DNA of 64,000 bases from a bacterium (GCA_021824915.1 JAKAJP010000022.1:23832-87831), one strand, 5' to 3'; positions 21,449-32,370 are shown, counted from the stretch's first letter. Made by a program: numbers and translations. The notes: generated from the sequence alone by a model not told the origin.

Positions 21449-22547
21449 TTTTGATTACTCTTTTATAGACATTCAAAGTTTGAGCTGCAGTCTCTCTCCA
21501 GGAAAATTTTTTAGATATAGCTAGTCCGGTATTAACAAGTTGATTTCTTAAAATCTCATCATCATAGACAGATCTAATTTTTTCCGCAAAATCATTTACA
21601 TCATTCGGATCAGCAAAGATCGCGCCGCCTTCTCCAATTTCAACTAATGCCTGAGTTTTACTCGCCACAACAGGCGAACCGGATGCAAACGCCTCAACTA
21701 AAGGCAAACCAAAGCCTTCATATAAGGATGGCTGACAATAAACCGTAGATAATTTATAAATTACTGCCAAATCCTCATCCGGAACAAAACCCAACCTAAA
21801 AACTTTAGGATTATCCTTGAAATCATTTAACAATAATTGATAATGTTCAAGTTCTGGGTGAGGCAACCCAAAAAGAAACCTGACATAATCCATTGGTCCC
21901 TTGAGAGATCTCAGGTCCATGCCACCAGCTTCCAAATCGAGTGCTTGCTTACCCGCAATTACCAAGTTTACATCTGCTACCTTGCAGGCCTTAATGAGAG
22001 TCGGAATATTTTTATTGTAATTAATATCCCCAACATAAAGTACAAATTTGTCCGGCAGCTTATATTTATCCTTAACAACTTTCAATCCGGTTTTTAACCC
22101 GCCAACAAAGGTCTGTCTGGGAGCTAAATAAATAACATGTACTTTCTCGGGTTTGACATCTAGAAACCTACAAATATCCTTTTTCGAAGTTTCAGAAATG
22201 GTTATAATTGCATCCACATTCTTCTTAATAAGAAGTTTATTTATCAAAAACCTGATACCACCTTTAATCCCGGATGGATAATGTTTCGGGTAAATGAGTG
22301 GGATTAAATCATAGATTGTAATTACAAATTTCGTGTGCTTTGGCTTATAAAAAGGCAGGGAAATTTCAAACGGCTTAAACGATGTAAAATGAACAACATC
22401 ATACTTACTCAAGTCTTCGCTTCTGACATCAACCCCATCAATTTTCAAAGCCCTCAGAAGTTCCCTAGCATAGACGCCAATACCCCGAACCGAATGACCG
22501 GAAGAAAGGGGGCCAGAGTCTATGGCAATATTTGCAATTTTAGGCAT
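21441..22547 (-). CDS. GT4-family glycosyltransferase (mannosyltransferase-like)
   Basis: TIYDLIP, YNKNIP, PSLYEGFGLPLVEAFASGSPV. Start supported by TATAAT-N6-ATG. Confidence 0.9.
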   Translation of the reverse strand: MPKIANIAIDSGPLSSGHSVRGIGVYARELLRALKIDGVDVRSEDLSKYDVVHFTSFKPFEISLPFYKPKHTKFVITIYDLIPLIYPKHYPSGIKGGIRFLINKLLIKKNVDAIITISETSKKDICRFLDVKPEKVHVIYLAPRQTFVGGLKTGLKVVKDKYKLPDKFVLYVGDINYNKNIPTLIKACKVADVNLVIAGKQALDLEAGGMDLRSLKGPMDYVRFLFGLPHPELEHYQLLLNDFKDNPKVFRLGFVPDEDLAVIYKLSTVYCQPSLYEGFGLPLVEAFASGSPVVASKTQALVEIGEGGAIFADPNDVNDFAEKIRSVYDDEILRNQLVNTGLAISKKFSWRETAAQTLNVYKRVIKNV

Positions 22548-22570
22548 ATCCAAATTATACTCGAGGTGGA
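22548..22570. promoter_or_regulatory. Overlapping divergent -10 elements in a 23-bp intergenic gap
   Basis: TATAAT on the - strand (22554-22559) and TATACT on the + strand (22556-22561), then GAGG before the argF ATG. Confidence 0.5.
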
Positions 22571-23479
22571 ATGAAGAAAAAAGCGAGACGCTTCCTATCC
22601 ATCTCTGACCTATCAACCACTGAAATAAAGAAAGTGCTGAACCTAGCACTCAAGATCAAACACAATCCAAAGAAATATTCGAATAAATTAAAGGGGTTAA
22701 CTCTAGCCATGATTTTCGAGAAACCATCACTTAGAACAAGAGTTTCATTTGAGACCGGAATGACTCAGCTTGGAGCCCACGCAATTTATTTAGGGCCCAA
22801 CGACATTCAAATGGGTGTTAGAGAAACTCCTTCCGACATAGCCAGAAATCTGGAAAGAATGGTCGACATTATTATGGCAAGAGTTTTTGAACATCAAAAA
22901 TTAATTGAGTTGTCAAAAGACACGAAAGTTCCCGTAATAAACGGCCTAAGCGACCTTGAACACCCCTGCCAGGCGATGGCTGATATCCTCACGGTCTTAG
23001 AAAAAAAGAAAAAGCTTAAAGGACTCAAACTAACCTTTATAGGAGATTGTGAAAATAATGTCACCCACTCACTTGCAATTCTTTGCGACAAACTCGGAAT
23101 GAAGTTTTTCTGTTCTGCCCCAAAAGGATATGAAATGAAAAAAGAGGTTGTTAAAACACTCAAAAATAAAATTACTGAGGTCGTTGACCCTAAAAAGGCA
23201 ATCGAAAATGCGGATATTGTTGTTACAGACACATGGATAAGTATGGGTGACGAAAAAGAAAAAAAGACTAGGCTGAAAGTTTTTCCGCCATATCAAATTA
23301 ATTCAAAGCTAATGAAGCGGGCGAAGGCGGATGCAATTTTCTTGCATTGCTTACCGGCATATCGTGGATTTGAAGTGACGGATGATATCATCGATGGACC
23401 CCAATCGGTAGTCTTTGATGAGGCAGAAAATCGCCTTCATGTGCAAAAAGCTCTAATTCTCTTCTTATTGGGAAAGTGA
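22571..23479 (+). CDS. argF: Ornithine carbamoyltransferase
   Basis: FEKPSLRTRVSFE, NGLSDLEHPCQ, TDTWISMG, FLHCLPA, EAENRLH. Confidence 0.93.
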   Translation: MKKKARRFLSISDLSTTEIKKVLNLALKIKHNPKKYSNKLKGLTLAMIFEKPSLRTRVSFETGMTQLGAHAIYLGPNDIQMGVRETPSDIARNLERMVDIIMARVFEHQKLIELSKDTKVPVINGLSDLEHPCQAMADILTVLEKKKKLKGLKLTFIGDCENNVTHSLAILCDKLGMKFFCSAPKGYEMKKEVVKTLKNKITEVVDPKKAIENADIVVTDTWISMGDEKEKKTRLKVFPPYQINSKLMKRAKADAIFLHCLPAYRGFEVTDDIIDGPQSVVFDEAENRLHVQKALILFLLGK

Positions 23480-24337
23480 ACTGACATACTTAAAGAACGC
23501 AATCGGATAATGCATTGCCGAAAAGAATGCCCACAAAAATCCGGCTACTCCATCAAGAAAACCTTTATGGCGAAAGTAAATATTCACGAAGGTATATAGA
23601 GGTTTACCCAAACAATAACTTACAAAACCCAAGAAATTTGCTTTTACCTTCTTTGATCTAAACTCACCTGCTTGCAAATCGGTATATCTATTCATTCTTG
23701 ATAAATACCTTCTTAGGGTCGGAGAATCATAATGTTTCAGCGGGTTAAAAAGCCACGAGACTTCCCCGTCTACCTCTATTTGCTCATGTACCGATTTTTG
23801 GGGAAATCTTGCTTTTCCATTTTTTACAAGTCGTATAACCCCGTCGGGATAAACACCGCCATATCTCAATGGCTTCCCTAGAAAAATGTTTAATCTCGGA
23901 ATAAAGAAAGCAACAACCACCCCGGTATTTTTTCCTATCTTCCCGTCTCGTTCTTCAATCAAACGCTGGTGCTTCCTAAAATGCGTCTCTTCAAGGGTGT
24001 CAGGGTTAATTCTCTTTTTGATTTCTTCATTTGTCATTCCGATTACTTCTTTTATTTCTCTCGCGAGTTCCGGCGTAACTTCTTCATCCGCATCAAGCTG
24101 AAGGATCCAAACACCGGTAGCTTTCTCTAATGCCTTCTCCTTGGTTATATGAAAAATTTCATGATGAGGTTCAAGATAAACTTTTGCACCAAAACTTTCA
24201 GCAATTTCAGTAGTCCGGTCAGTTGAATGCTCATCAACAACTATTATCTCATCGGCAATGTCTTTAACCGATCCTAAACACCGGGCAATGTTCTTCTCTT
24301 CATTTCTCGTTGCCAAAATAACCGAAAGTTTTTCCAT
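23465..24337 (-). CDS. GT2 glycosyltransferase (beta-1,4-glucosyltransferase-like)
   Basis: NEEKNIARCL, LDADE, YPD..RL, VHEQ, GFLDG. Confidence 0.88.
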   Translation of the reverse strand: MEKLSVILATRNEEKNIARCLGSVKDIADEIIVVDEHSTDRTTEIAESFGAKVYLEPHHEIFHITKEKALEKATGVWILQLDADEEVTPELAREIKEVIGMTNEEIKKRINPDTLEETHFRKHQRLIEERDGKIGKNTGVVVAFFIPRLNIFLGKPLRYGGVYPDGVIRLVKNGKARFPQKSVHEQIEVDGEVSWLFNPLKHYDSPTLRRYLSRMNRYTDLQAGEFRSKKVKANFLGFVSYCLGKPLYTFVNIYFRHKGFLDGVAGFLWAFFSAMHYPIAFFKYVSSLSQ

Positions 24338-24338
24338 T

Positions 24339-25988
24339 TTAATTAGCTACCAAATCAAAGTATTCATAACCATTTGTACCATAAATCCTTTTAATGATAT
24401 TGGCTTCTTTTGGTATTTCTTGAGTGGTGCCCGCTACTAAAGATTCAGGGTATTTGGCTTTAATTTCATCCCAAGTTGTAAATGTAACAAACCTGTATTT
24501 GTCAAAACTTCTGACAGTTGAGAAGCCAAAATTATCTCTTGCTGTCAATGAATGACTTCCCTGAAAATTCTGCGGAAGATACTTTGAGTAAAACAAGAAC
24601 AAAATATAGGGTTGATCATACCTATCCGTGACAACAACATTTTTATATTTTGATTGATTAGCATTAACATAACCAACCAACTCTTTGACTCCATATTGCG
24701 AGGAAAAAGGATATTCCTTGCTCATGTGGACCCAATACATATGTTCATATCTGGCAAAATTCCAAGACACCAAAATAATAACAGTGGATAGATAGATAAC
24801 TTTCAATTTTCTTGTCGGATTTTTATTTATCCACTCAAGTATTTGGTAAAGCCCATAAGCGCTAAAAATTATTAGTGGAATAATCATGTTTTGTGAGCGA
24901 AGCGCATTCGGTGATTGAAATGTAAGCGCTGACGCCATTGGAGCAATTGCTAACCAATAAGTAATAAACTTCCATTCGCGGTTGAATCTTTTGGCAATAG
25001 CGACTACCCCAATAGTCAAGAAGATTATATCGAAAAGATACATTTGTCCGGTTTCCGGAACTTTATTTCTCTGAATTGCATCGCCTGACAAAAACAAAAA
25101 CTCCCCATGATAATGCGATGCCCAGTTTGCTGCAAAAGCCAACCCATAATTCACGGCTTTATTATGTAACGCCTTGGTAAAAATATTATTAAGATCACCG
25201 TGCTCGCCACGCTGCTCATTTATTCGATTTCGTGGGCCGGGGTCTGCAAATAACCCCACCCCAGCAACTCTTGAAAGCGCTCCAGGAGAGGTAAGATCAC
25301 GGGCAAGTGGCACAAGTAAAATCAAGGTAATGCCGGCAAAAACCACATATGGAATAATCTTATTAAATATCTCCTTTTTGTAGAAAAATACTATTCCTAA
25401 CCCAAGGAGCGGAACCACAACTCTGGCGGCATGATAAGTATACAAAGACGCAACTAAAAATACCGAGCTCAAAGCCAGAGAAAAGATTTTCTCCACAAAT
25501 CTTTGTGATCGAGCCCTAAAAAAGAAAAACATTCCCGCAACAATGAAAAACGTGGCGACATTCACTTCCCAACCACCCCGGGAAAACTGCAGATGCCAAG
25601 GAGAAATTGACAAAAGGAACGCAGAGATCAAAGCGAACTTTTTATTTCCAAAAATCTCATTCACCAAAAGATACACAAACAAGATAGTTAATACTCCGAG
25701 GGCAGCGCCCGGAATTCTGACCGCCCACTCATTTAATCCTAATATTTTTACGAATGGCAAAACCAAATAAAAATAAAGACCGGGTTTGTAATCGTTAAAC
25801 GATTGAAAATGAATTGGCCAAGCATTTCCGTGCTCGTCATGCCCGGTCAGTATCAATGAATAAGCGTTGTATCCGATCGCGGCTTCATCTGCATTCAATG
25901 CCGGGTAAACATCAAGTTTGTAAAACCTCAAAAAGATTGCTAGGGAAAGAATCAAAATCAAAATTATATTTTTCTTCAAAAATTGCAT
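24339..25988 (-). CDS. GT-C membrane glycosyltransferase, subfamily A
   Basis: ADEAAIGYNAYSLILTGHDEHG, FNDYKP, SPWHLQFSR, QPYI. Confidence 0.8.
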   Translation of the reverse strand: MQFLKKNIILILILSLAIFLRFYKLDVYPALNADEAAIGYNAYSLILTGHDEHGNAWPIHFQSFNDYKPGLYFYLVLPFVKILGLNEWAVRIPGAALGVLTILFVYLLVNEIFGNKKFALISAFLLSISPWHLQFSRGGWEVNVATFFIVAGMFFFFRARSQRFVEKIFSLALSSVFLVASLYTYHAARVVVPLLGLGIVFFYKKEIFNKIIPYVVFAGITLILLVPLARDLTSPGALSRVAGVGLFADPGPRNRINEQRGEHGDLNNIFTKALHNKAVNYGLAFAANWASHYHGEFLFLSGDAIQRNKVPETGQMYLFDIIFLTIGVVAIAKRFNREWKFITYWLAIAPMASALTFQSPNALRSQNMIIPLIIFSAYGLYQILEWINKNPTRKLKVIYLSTVIILVSWNFARYEHMYWVHMSKEYPFSSQYGVKELVGYVNANQSKYKNVVVTDRYDQPYILFLFYSKYLPQNFQGSHSLTARDNFGFSTVRSFDKYRFVTFTTWDEIKAKYPESLVAGTTQEIPKEANIIKRIYGTNGYEYFDLVAN

Positions 25989-25989
25989 A

Positions 25990-27642
25990 TTATTTAACGG
26001 CTAAAATTCTAAAAGCAATATCCCGCCCGTTCAAGTATTTTATCTCGGAAACAAGCTTAAACAGATTTGTATCACTTGAATCCTCCGGAGGAATTCTGAC
26101 CGGATCCGCGACGAATAAAGTTCCGTGTTCTCCCCTATTGACCGACCAATCAATTGGGGCAAACTGTATATTATCAAGTGTCAAAATATAGCCAACATCA
26201 TTTATGTTTCCACTTGAAACAAGCTTCGCATTTTTTTGGTACTTAGCGGGGTCGTATTTCTGATAAAAAAGAAAGTAAATATAGGGTTGGGCAAAAGATT
26301 GTTGGACCTTAATTATTTTGTAGTCTTTCTCAAGTGGCGTAACCGTTTCAACAATTTGTTTATAACCGTAATTCCAATATATAGAATCATGAGCGGGAAC
26401 ATGAACAAAATAAGCATCCAAAAAATAAACAAAACCGGCGACGTAAAACATAGCAAAGAATCCAGACAAAACTAACACCGACGAAGTTTTTTTGAAATTG
26501 TCAAAAAATGTCATCAGCCCGAAAGAAATTAAAATTATTAACGGAACTTGCATATTAATAGCCCGGACGGCATGCACTTGATCCCGCGAAAGTACCGCCG
26601 GGAGCGGGGACAAAACCAACCACAACCAAACAAACAAAGCTTCCTTAGATTTTCCTTTCTTAAGAAAGGAAAATGCTCCGACAACAATCAAAACAATATC
26701 GCCTAAAAGGAGCATCCCCTGATACGGGGCGGATTGTCTGGGGTTACTAAAGTCCCCTTCAAAAAACAGAAATCTTCCAGAAAAATGATTAAAATATCGC
26801 CCCAAGATACCTCGCATGAAGTTTAATCCTTCAGAATGAAATAAATAGTAATTTAAATCACCAATCTTTTCTCCACCCTCATCAAGAAACGCCTGTGTAT
26901 AATCTTTCGGCCTCGGATATGAAAAAACACTAAAGACATCAAGCCGACCTGCCTGACCGTTAAACAAACTCAAAACAATAGGCAAAGAGATAATAATTCC
27001 TAAAGTAATTCCACTAAAAAGATACTTTTTTTCAAATTTAAGAATTTGTTTCCAATAAAGAATCGCCAAAAGCACCACTACGATTCCAGTCGAAAGTTTT
27101 GCTCCTTGATATGTTAATAAAGTTAAGGCAAATAAAACTGATGACAAAACAAAATATTTTGACTTTTCCAACGCCTTAAGAAAAAAATAAATTCCCGCAA
27201 GCGTGAGGGTTAGAGAGACATTAACTTCCCAAGCTCCCCGGGAAAAATAAACCGACCAAGGGGTAACCGAAGTAACGAAAGCCGTAAAAATTCCCACCCT
27301 TTTCCCGAACAGGTTAGAGCAAATTAAATAAATCAGAAAGACCGACAGAATTCCTGCAAGTGCGGATGGTAATCTTGTCGAAAATTCATTCAGACCCAAA
27401 GCCGCTACAAACGGTGTATCGAGATAGATATAAAAACCGGGTTTGTAATCACCGAACGACTTAAAAATTATTGGTAAAAACTTACCATACTCATCCCGAC
27501 CAGTCTTCAATATTGAGTATGCGTTATAACCCAATGCCGCTTCATCGGAAGTTAACCCCGGGGGGGTTGTCCCCAACTTCCAAAGCCGCAAGACGGCCGC
27601 CAAAACTAAAATTGAAATCAAAAGCCAGTTTATTTTTCGCAT
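25990..27642 (-). CDS. GT-C membrane glycosyltransferase, subfamily A
   Basis: SDEAALGYNAYSILKTGRDEYG, SFGDYKP, FSRGAWE, QPYIY. Confidence 0.8.
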   Translation of the reverse strand: MRKINWLLISILVLAAVLRLWKLGTTPPGLTSDEAALGYNAYSILKTGRDEYGKFLPIIFKSFGDYKPGFYIYLDTPFVAALGLNEFSTRLPSALAGILSVFLIYLICSNLFGKRVGIFTAFVTSVTPWSVYFSRGAWEVNVSLTLTLAGIYFFLKALEKSKYFVLSSVLFALTLLTYQGAKLSTGIVVVLLAILYWKQILKFEKKYLFSGITLGIIISLPIVLSLFNGQAGRLDVFSVFSYPRPKDYTQAFLDEGGEKIGDLNYYLFHSEGLNFMRGILGRYFNHFSGRFLFFEGDFSNPRQSAPYQGMLLLGDIVLIVVGAFSFLKKGKSKEALFVWLWLVLSPLPAVLSRDQVHAVRAINMQVPLIILISFGLMTFFDNFKKTSSVLVLSGFFAMFYVAGFVYFLDAYFVHVPAHDSIYWNYGYKQIVETVTPLEKDYKIIKVQQSFAQPYIYFLFYQKYDPAKYQKNAKLVSSGNINDVGYILTLDNIQFAPIDWSVNRGEHGTLFVADPVRIPPEDSSDTNLFKLVSEIKYLNGRDIAFRILAVK

Positions 27643-29279
27643 TAACGATTATCTAATATATCAAATGCCGGTTTACCATCAAGAAAATTTATGCTCTCAA
27701 TTTTTCTCCAACTCACTGGATAATTGCCGGGCGATGTAATCAATAAACACTTAATTTTATTGCAGTCTATTTTAACTTTGCTTTCCGTAATTAAATCCCG
27801 CACTTGCCAATCGTTTACAAACCAAAGTTTATCAAAATGATCAACCCACCACCAATTAGATTGATAAAAAGCAATTTTATCCCGATCCGACTGATATTTA
27901 GCAGGATCATATTTTAAGAAAAACAAAAAATATTCATGCGGTTCGCCGTATTTTTTGGTGACAATTATTTTGTCATAATCCTCATAATGTGCTTTTACAT
28001 AAGTCACAACCTGGTCATATCCATATTGCCAGCTCCACGAATAGGTTGTCCGGTAGGTTGTAAAATAATTAACTAAATAGCTTTCCATAAAAAAGTAATA
28101 TAAACCAAAATAAAGAATTAAAATAATGCCGACAAAATTTTTATTAACTTTCTCCAACACCCAATAAAAGGCGAGAGCGATTAATATATCCGGAACGGGA
28201 AGCATTGTTGTGGCACGGACTACAGCATAACTTTCGTTAGTCAAACTTGCAGGAATTGGCGCGAGAATTAACCATAACACAAGAAACCTAAAATTTCGAT
28301 CATGGAGTGATTTAATTATCAATAAAACTATACCAAGGTAAAAAAATGGCAAACCGGCGAGGTTAATTAATCCAAAGCTTGGAATACTAAATTGGTACTG
28401 GGTGCCTCCATTCAAAAACAAAAATTGAGGAGAAAAATAACCAATGTAATTTTTGAGAAACCGGCCAGCAAAATAAACCGGACGGTTATAGATTATCCTC
28501 TTAAGCGGTTCCGGCAATTTTGAAGAAGTGCGCAGGCTTTCAATCTTATTAATAGCCGCCTGATCAATAATAAATAAGACGTTTCCCCGCGCCGTAGCAT
28601 TAGGACTTACCAAAATATAAGCCGACAGGGCTATAAATAAAGCCACAAAAACATAGATCAACTTGCTTCTGACCTCATTCCTAAAAATCAAAAATGTACC
28701 GAGTAGAAATAGCGGCGAGAAAATTCTCGTTGTGTGATACGAAAATAACGTTAATGTTAGGAGAAGTAGCGAAAGCGGGAATAAAAACCTTTTTTTGTCA
28801 CGATTTACAAAACATGCGGCCGTGGTTATCAGTAAAAAAACCGACAAGTTAGATTGCAAAACAAATCTTGAAGTAAAGACGTACCAAGATCCGGTTGCAG
28901 TCAAAAATGCGGTCAGAAGACTAATATTACGCTTTTTGCTTAATCCAAATGTCAAAAAATACACCGACACTATCGTCAAGACGCCCATAATGGCGTGAGG
29001 AAAACGGATTGCAAAATCCGATAGACCAAAAAGAGAGATAAATGGGATGGTTAAATATAAATTTAATGCCGTAGGGTAATCTCCATAAGCCCTAAAATTA
29101 AAGATTGGGAACTTCATACCCCACTGATCCATACCGGTTTTGAGTATCGAGTAGGCGTTATACCCATGGCTTATTTCATCCCAATTAAGTGAGGGCGGAG
29201 TATAAGTCAGATAGGCAAGCCTCAAGGCCGCACCCAAGATCACAATCAAAAATAAATATATTAGACTTTTTCTCTCCAT
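27642..29279 (-). CDS. GT-C membrane glycosyltransferase, subfamily A
   Basis: WDEISHGYNAYSILKTGMDQWG, YGDYP. Confidence 0.8.
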   Translation of the reverse strand: MERKSLIYLFLIVILGAALRLAYLTYTPPSLNWDEISHGYNAYSILKTGMDQWGMKFPIFNFRAYGDYPTALNLYLTIPFISLFGLSDFAIRFPHAIMGVLTIVSVYFLTFGLSKKRNISLLTAFLTATGSWYVFTSRFVLQSNLSVFLLITTAACFVNRDKKRFLFPLSLLLLTLTLFSYHTTRIFSPLFLLGTFLIFRNEVRSKLIYVFVALFIALSAYILVSPNATARGNVLFIIDQAAINKIESLRTSSKLPEPLKRIIYNRPVYFAGRFLKNYIGYFSPQFLFLNGGTQYQFSIPSFGLINLAGLPFFYLGIVLLIIKSLHDRNFRFLVLWLILAPIPASLTNESYAVVRATTMLPVPDILIALAFYWVLEKVNKNFVGIILILYFGLYYFFMESYLVNYFTTYRTTYSWSWQYGYDQVVTYVKAHYEDYDKIIVTKKYGEPHEYFLFFLKYDPAKYQSDRDKIAFYQSNWWWVDHFDKLWFVNDWQVRDLITESKVKIDCNKIKCLLITSPGNYPVSWRKIESINFLDGKPAFDILDNR

Positions 29280-30724
29280 GTTTTTAGGGAAAGGATTAAA
29301 AATCCCAAAATCGAAACTAAACTAATTATATTTCCCGTTTTTCTGACCGGGGTGTCGGTAAATCTAACCCCAACCGAAGAAATCAACCCGTTAACCGGGG
29401 TAGCGCCCACCCACCCCGGAAAATAATTTATGGACTTGCCATCTGACGGGGTGTTGGGAATTTTGTGCCCGAAACTGGGCCAATAATCACTTATGGAAGC
29501 TGCCCTCTGACGCACCCACTCCGCACCAGTCAGGAAGTAAGAATCATTGACACTATACCAGATATCTTCCCTAAAAAAGGTGAAATTGAGGAAAAAGGTA
29601 GACAAAATAATAATGATTGTTACAAGAATTTTTTGCCTCACAAACAATCTTACGACAATTCCGGAGGCCAGAGCGAAACAAAAAGTGGCTAGACCCAAAA
29701 ACCGCCACGGAAATTGAATATAGGCCATAGCGGGAGTTAAATTCCAAATAAATGTTGACTTGTTATGTGTCAAAAAGAGATAAAAGCAACCAATCAGAAA
29801 CAAAATTATAAACTCCCATTCGCGCGCTATCTTCCTTCTAACCAATAAAAACAGACCAATAAGAAAAGGTAATATCCATTGAATTTGACCCACCGAAAGA
29901 CTTAAGCCATCATTTGGTCCCCAAGTTGAACCCCCATATCCCCAAAACCTGGAAACGAAAAGCTGATAAAGTGTGACAAAATGCGCTCGGTAATCAAAAT
30001 AACCGGTTATCGTACTCTGTAAATCAACAAATTTTGATTCAAAAGCCACTGGTAGTATATAAAAACTTGAAAGGAGCCCTGCAACAATAAAACCCATCGC
30101 CGACTTCCACCACCGGCGATAAATTATCCAAATAGCTAGTAGAGGCAAAAACATTACAAGAGATAAATTGTGAGTAATAACTAAAATTGCGGTCAGAATA
30201 GAAAAGTAAAAAATGTTTTTCTTTTCGATGGCGAGAATAATCAAAGGAAAAAGGATAAAGGAAAACGCCTCGGGCAAAGCCCCTCTAACCCAAACATCGA
30301 CAGCCCTGTAAGGTGCATATACATATAGTATCGCCGAAACGGTCGCCGCGAAATCACTTTTCCAGATTTCCCTTGCTAAAAAGAACATGGCAACTCCCGA
30401 TCCAAGAAGCGAAATAATAAATAAAATCTTGACTGAATCGATAATATTGAATCCGACCAGGTGAAAAATTTCACCAACCCCGTACACAAACTGTCCGTAG
30501 AAATTGAAAATCGGCTCACCATAACCCAACCCCGCATCCGGCGCCCAACGGCATGGAATCTGCCAAGCTTTTATACATTTATCAAATTCAAACTGCCTAA
30601 AGATGTGAAAATCTTGAGTAGAAAAGATTCCTGGCCGGAGCATTCTATAAAAAGTGGGGACTATCAAGATGAGTAATAAAATCAATATTGAATTTTTCTT
30701 GAGTAGATTAATTGGTTGACGCAT
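29261..30724 (-). CDS. PTPS-related/YfhO-like GT-C membrane protein
   Basis: QIPCRWAPD.G.GYG.P.FNFY, YAPYR..D..VRGALPE, QFPWRFL. Confidence 0.72.
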   Translation of the reverse strand: MRQPINLLKKNSILILLLILIVPTFYRMLRPGIFSTQDFHIFRQFEFDKCIKAWQIPCRWAPDAGLGYGEPIFNFYGQFVYGVGEIFHLVGFNIIDSVKILFIISLLGSGVAMFFLAREIWKSDFAATVSAILYVYAPYRAVDVWVRGALPEAFSFILFPLIILAIEKKNIFYFSILTAILVITHNLSLVMFLPLLAIWIIYRRWWKSAMGFIVAGLLSSFYILPVAFESKFVDLQSTITGYFDYRAHFVTLYQLFVSRFWGYGGSTWGPNDGLSLSVGQIQWILPFLIGLFLLVRRKIAREWEFIILFLIGCFYLFLTHNKSTFIWNLTPAMAYIQFPWRFLGLATFCFALASGIVVRLFVRQKILVTIIIILSTFFLNFTFFREDIWYSVNDSYFLTGAEWVRQRAASISDYWPSFGHKIPNTPSDGKSINYFPGWVGATPVNGLISSVGVRFTDTPVRKTGNIISLVSILGFLILSLKTWREKV

Positions 30725-32363
30725 ATTGTTTTAATGATGTATCAAGAACTTCTATGGATTTTCTTCCGTCAGGAAAATAAAAAATTTTCACCGGAGTTTG
30801 ACCAGGTAAGAACTCCTCCGGCAGACCGACGACTAATGTGTTGGGTATCTTTATATCCGTTTTCAAATCTATATTCTTAAACGTATATTTTCCGAGCGAA
30901 TATACCGGAATCTGATCTACCCACGTTTCAACTTTCCAATCCCGCGTGGCATTTTGATAATTCCCCGGGTCCCATTTATTTGCAAAGGCCACATAAATCT
31001 GCGGCTCACTAAGCTTCCGGCTAATTATCACATTTTTACCGTCAGAATTTTGATAAAGCCAAGCGGCCACTTCTATATTTCCACTTAACATTCCGGGGGC
31101 GGCAACTAACGGAGAACTAGTGAAATAAACTCTAAAAACATGCTGGATTTGAAAAATGACAAAAAGAGCAAACACGAAACTAGCCAGAGAAATTACTTTT
31201 TTATCAAATCGCGATAGCAAAACTCCTAAACCATACACCCCAAACACTTCAAGGATCTGGAGAACAGGAACCATCGCCTCTGCCCTATTTGCTGAAAAGC
31301 CCACTCCTGTCGCAAGTGCGGCTGGGATAGGAGCAACAAAAAGCCAAACCAAAAAAATCAAAACAATCTTTCTTGTCCTTTTGTCAAAAACGGCAGGAAT
31401 TAATCCCAAAAGCAAAATGCCCTCAAAAATATATAAAACTCCGACTCCGGGGATCATACCGTAAGTTGTTTCCGCCGCGCCTCGAGTAAATAAAAACCTA
31501 AATGAAAAGTACTGAAGGTAATTGGTAACAAACCTTTGAGCGACAACCTGATATTTATTGTGCAAAAGCTTTGCAAAAGTAGGATTTGTACCTTTCTGAA
31601 TCAACTCAATTTTGGCTTTGGCCCCCTCCTCAAGCGCTCCTTGGAAAATAATACGTTCATTAATACGCCCGGCACCACCGACAACTTGGGAATAGGCAAA
31701 CATCGCAATGAAGAGAAGTAAAATTAAAAGAGGGAACATTAGCTTTCTGATATCAATCCTTTGTAATTGTCTCCAGAAGATGGCAACAAGACCAAAAACG
31801 ACAATGGGAGTGATTAGTTTCGCCGAGTGATAAGTAAACAGGGTTAAACCAAAAACTAATGCAGAGAGGTTATATTTTTTCTTTAAGAAAAGATAAATTC
31901 CGAGCGGAATAAAAAGTGTAACCAAGTTCGCCTCAAACGCGCCCCTGCTCATCATCACTGTCCAGGAATTTATAGAAACTAAAAATGCCCCCATAATTGC
32001 ATATCTCCACGATCCTTTGATTCCTAAACTTGTAAACACTTCTTTGATAAGTAGATAAACAACATAAACGGCCAGAGCTCCGACAATTGCGTTGGGTATC
32101 CTGACCGCAAATACATTCAAACCAAAGATTGCTACCGACGGAATCGTTAAATAAGCATAAAGTGGAGATTTGTAATCGCCAAACGACTTTAGGGTGGTAG
32201 GTAAAAAGTTTCCCCACTGGTCGCGACCTGTATGTAAAATTGAGTAGGCGTCATAGCCAAAGGAGGCTTCGTCAGGGGTAAAACCCACCGGAACTTTATC
32301 AATCCATAAAACCCGAAGAAGAAAACCAAGGAGTAAAATCGCGGGCAAGATAAACCGCTTCAT
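30708..32363 (-). CDS. GT-C membrane glycosyltransferase, subfamily A
   Basis: PDEASFGYDAYSILHTGRDQWG, SFGDYKSP. Start supported by TATAAT-N6-ATG. Confidence 0.8.
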   Translation of the reverse strand: MKRFILPAILLLGFLLRVLWIDKVPVGFTPDEASFGYDAYSILHTGRDQWGNFLPTTLKSFGDYKSPLYAYLTIPSVAIFGLNVFAVRIPNAIVGALAVYVVYLLIKEVFTSLGIKGSWRYAIMGAFLVSINSWTVMMSRGAFEANLVTLFIPLGIYLFLKKKYNLSALVFGLTLFTYHSAKLITPIVVFGLVAIFWRQLQRIDIRKLMFPLLILLLFIAMFAYSQVVGGAGRINERIIFQGALEEGAKAKIELIQKGTNPTFAKLLHNKYQVVAQRFVTNYLQYFSFRFLFTRGAAETTYGMIPGVGVLYIFEGILLLGLIPAVFDKRTRKIVLIFLVWLFVAPIPAALATGVGFSANRAEAMVPVLQILEVFGVYGLGVLLSRFDKKVISLASFVFALFVIFQIQHVFRVYFTSSPLVAAPGMLSGNIEVAAWLYQNSDGKNVIISRKLSEPQIYVAFANKWDPGNYQNATRDWKVETWVDQIPVYSLGKYTFKNIDLKTDIKIPNTLVVGLPEEFLPGQTPVKIFYFPDGRKSIEVLDTSLKQYASTN

Positions 32364-32370
32364 AGCTAAA

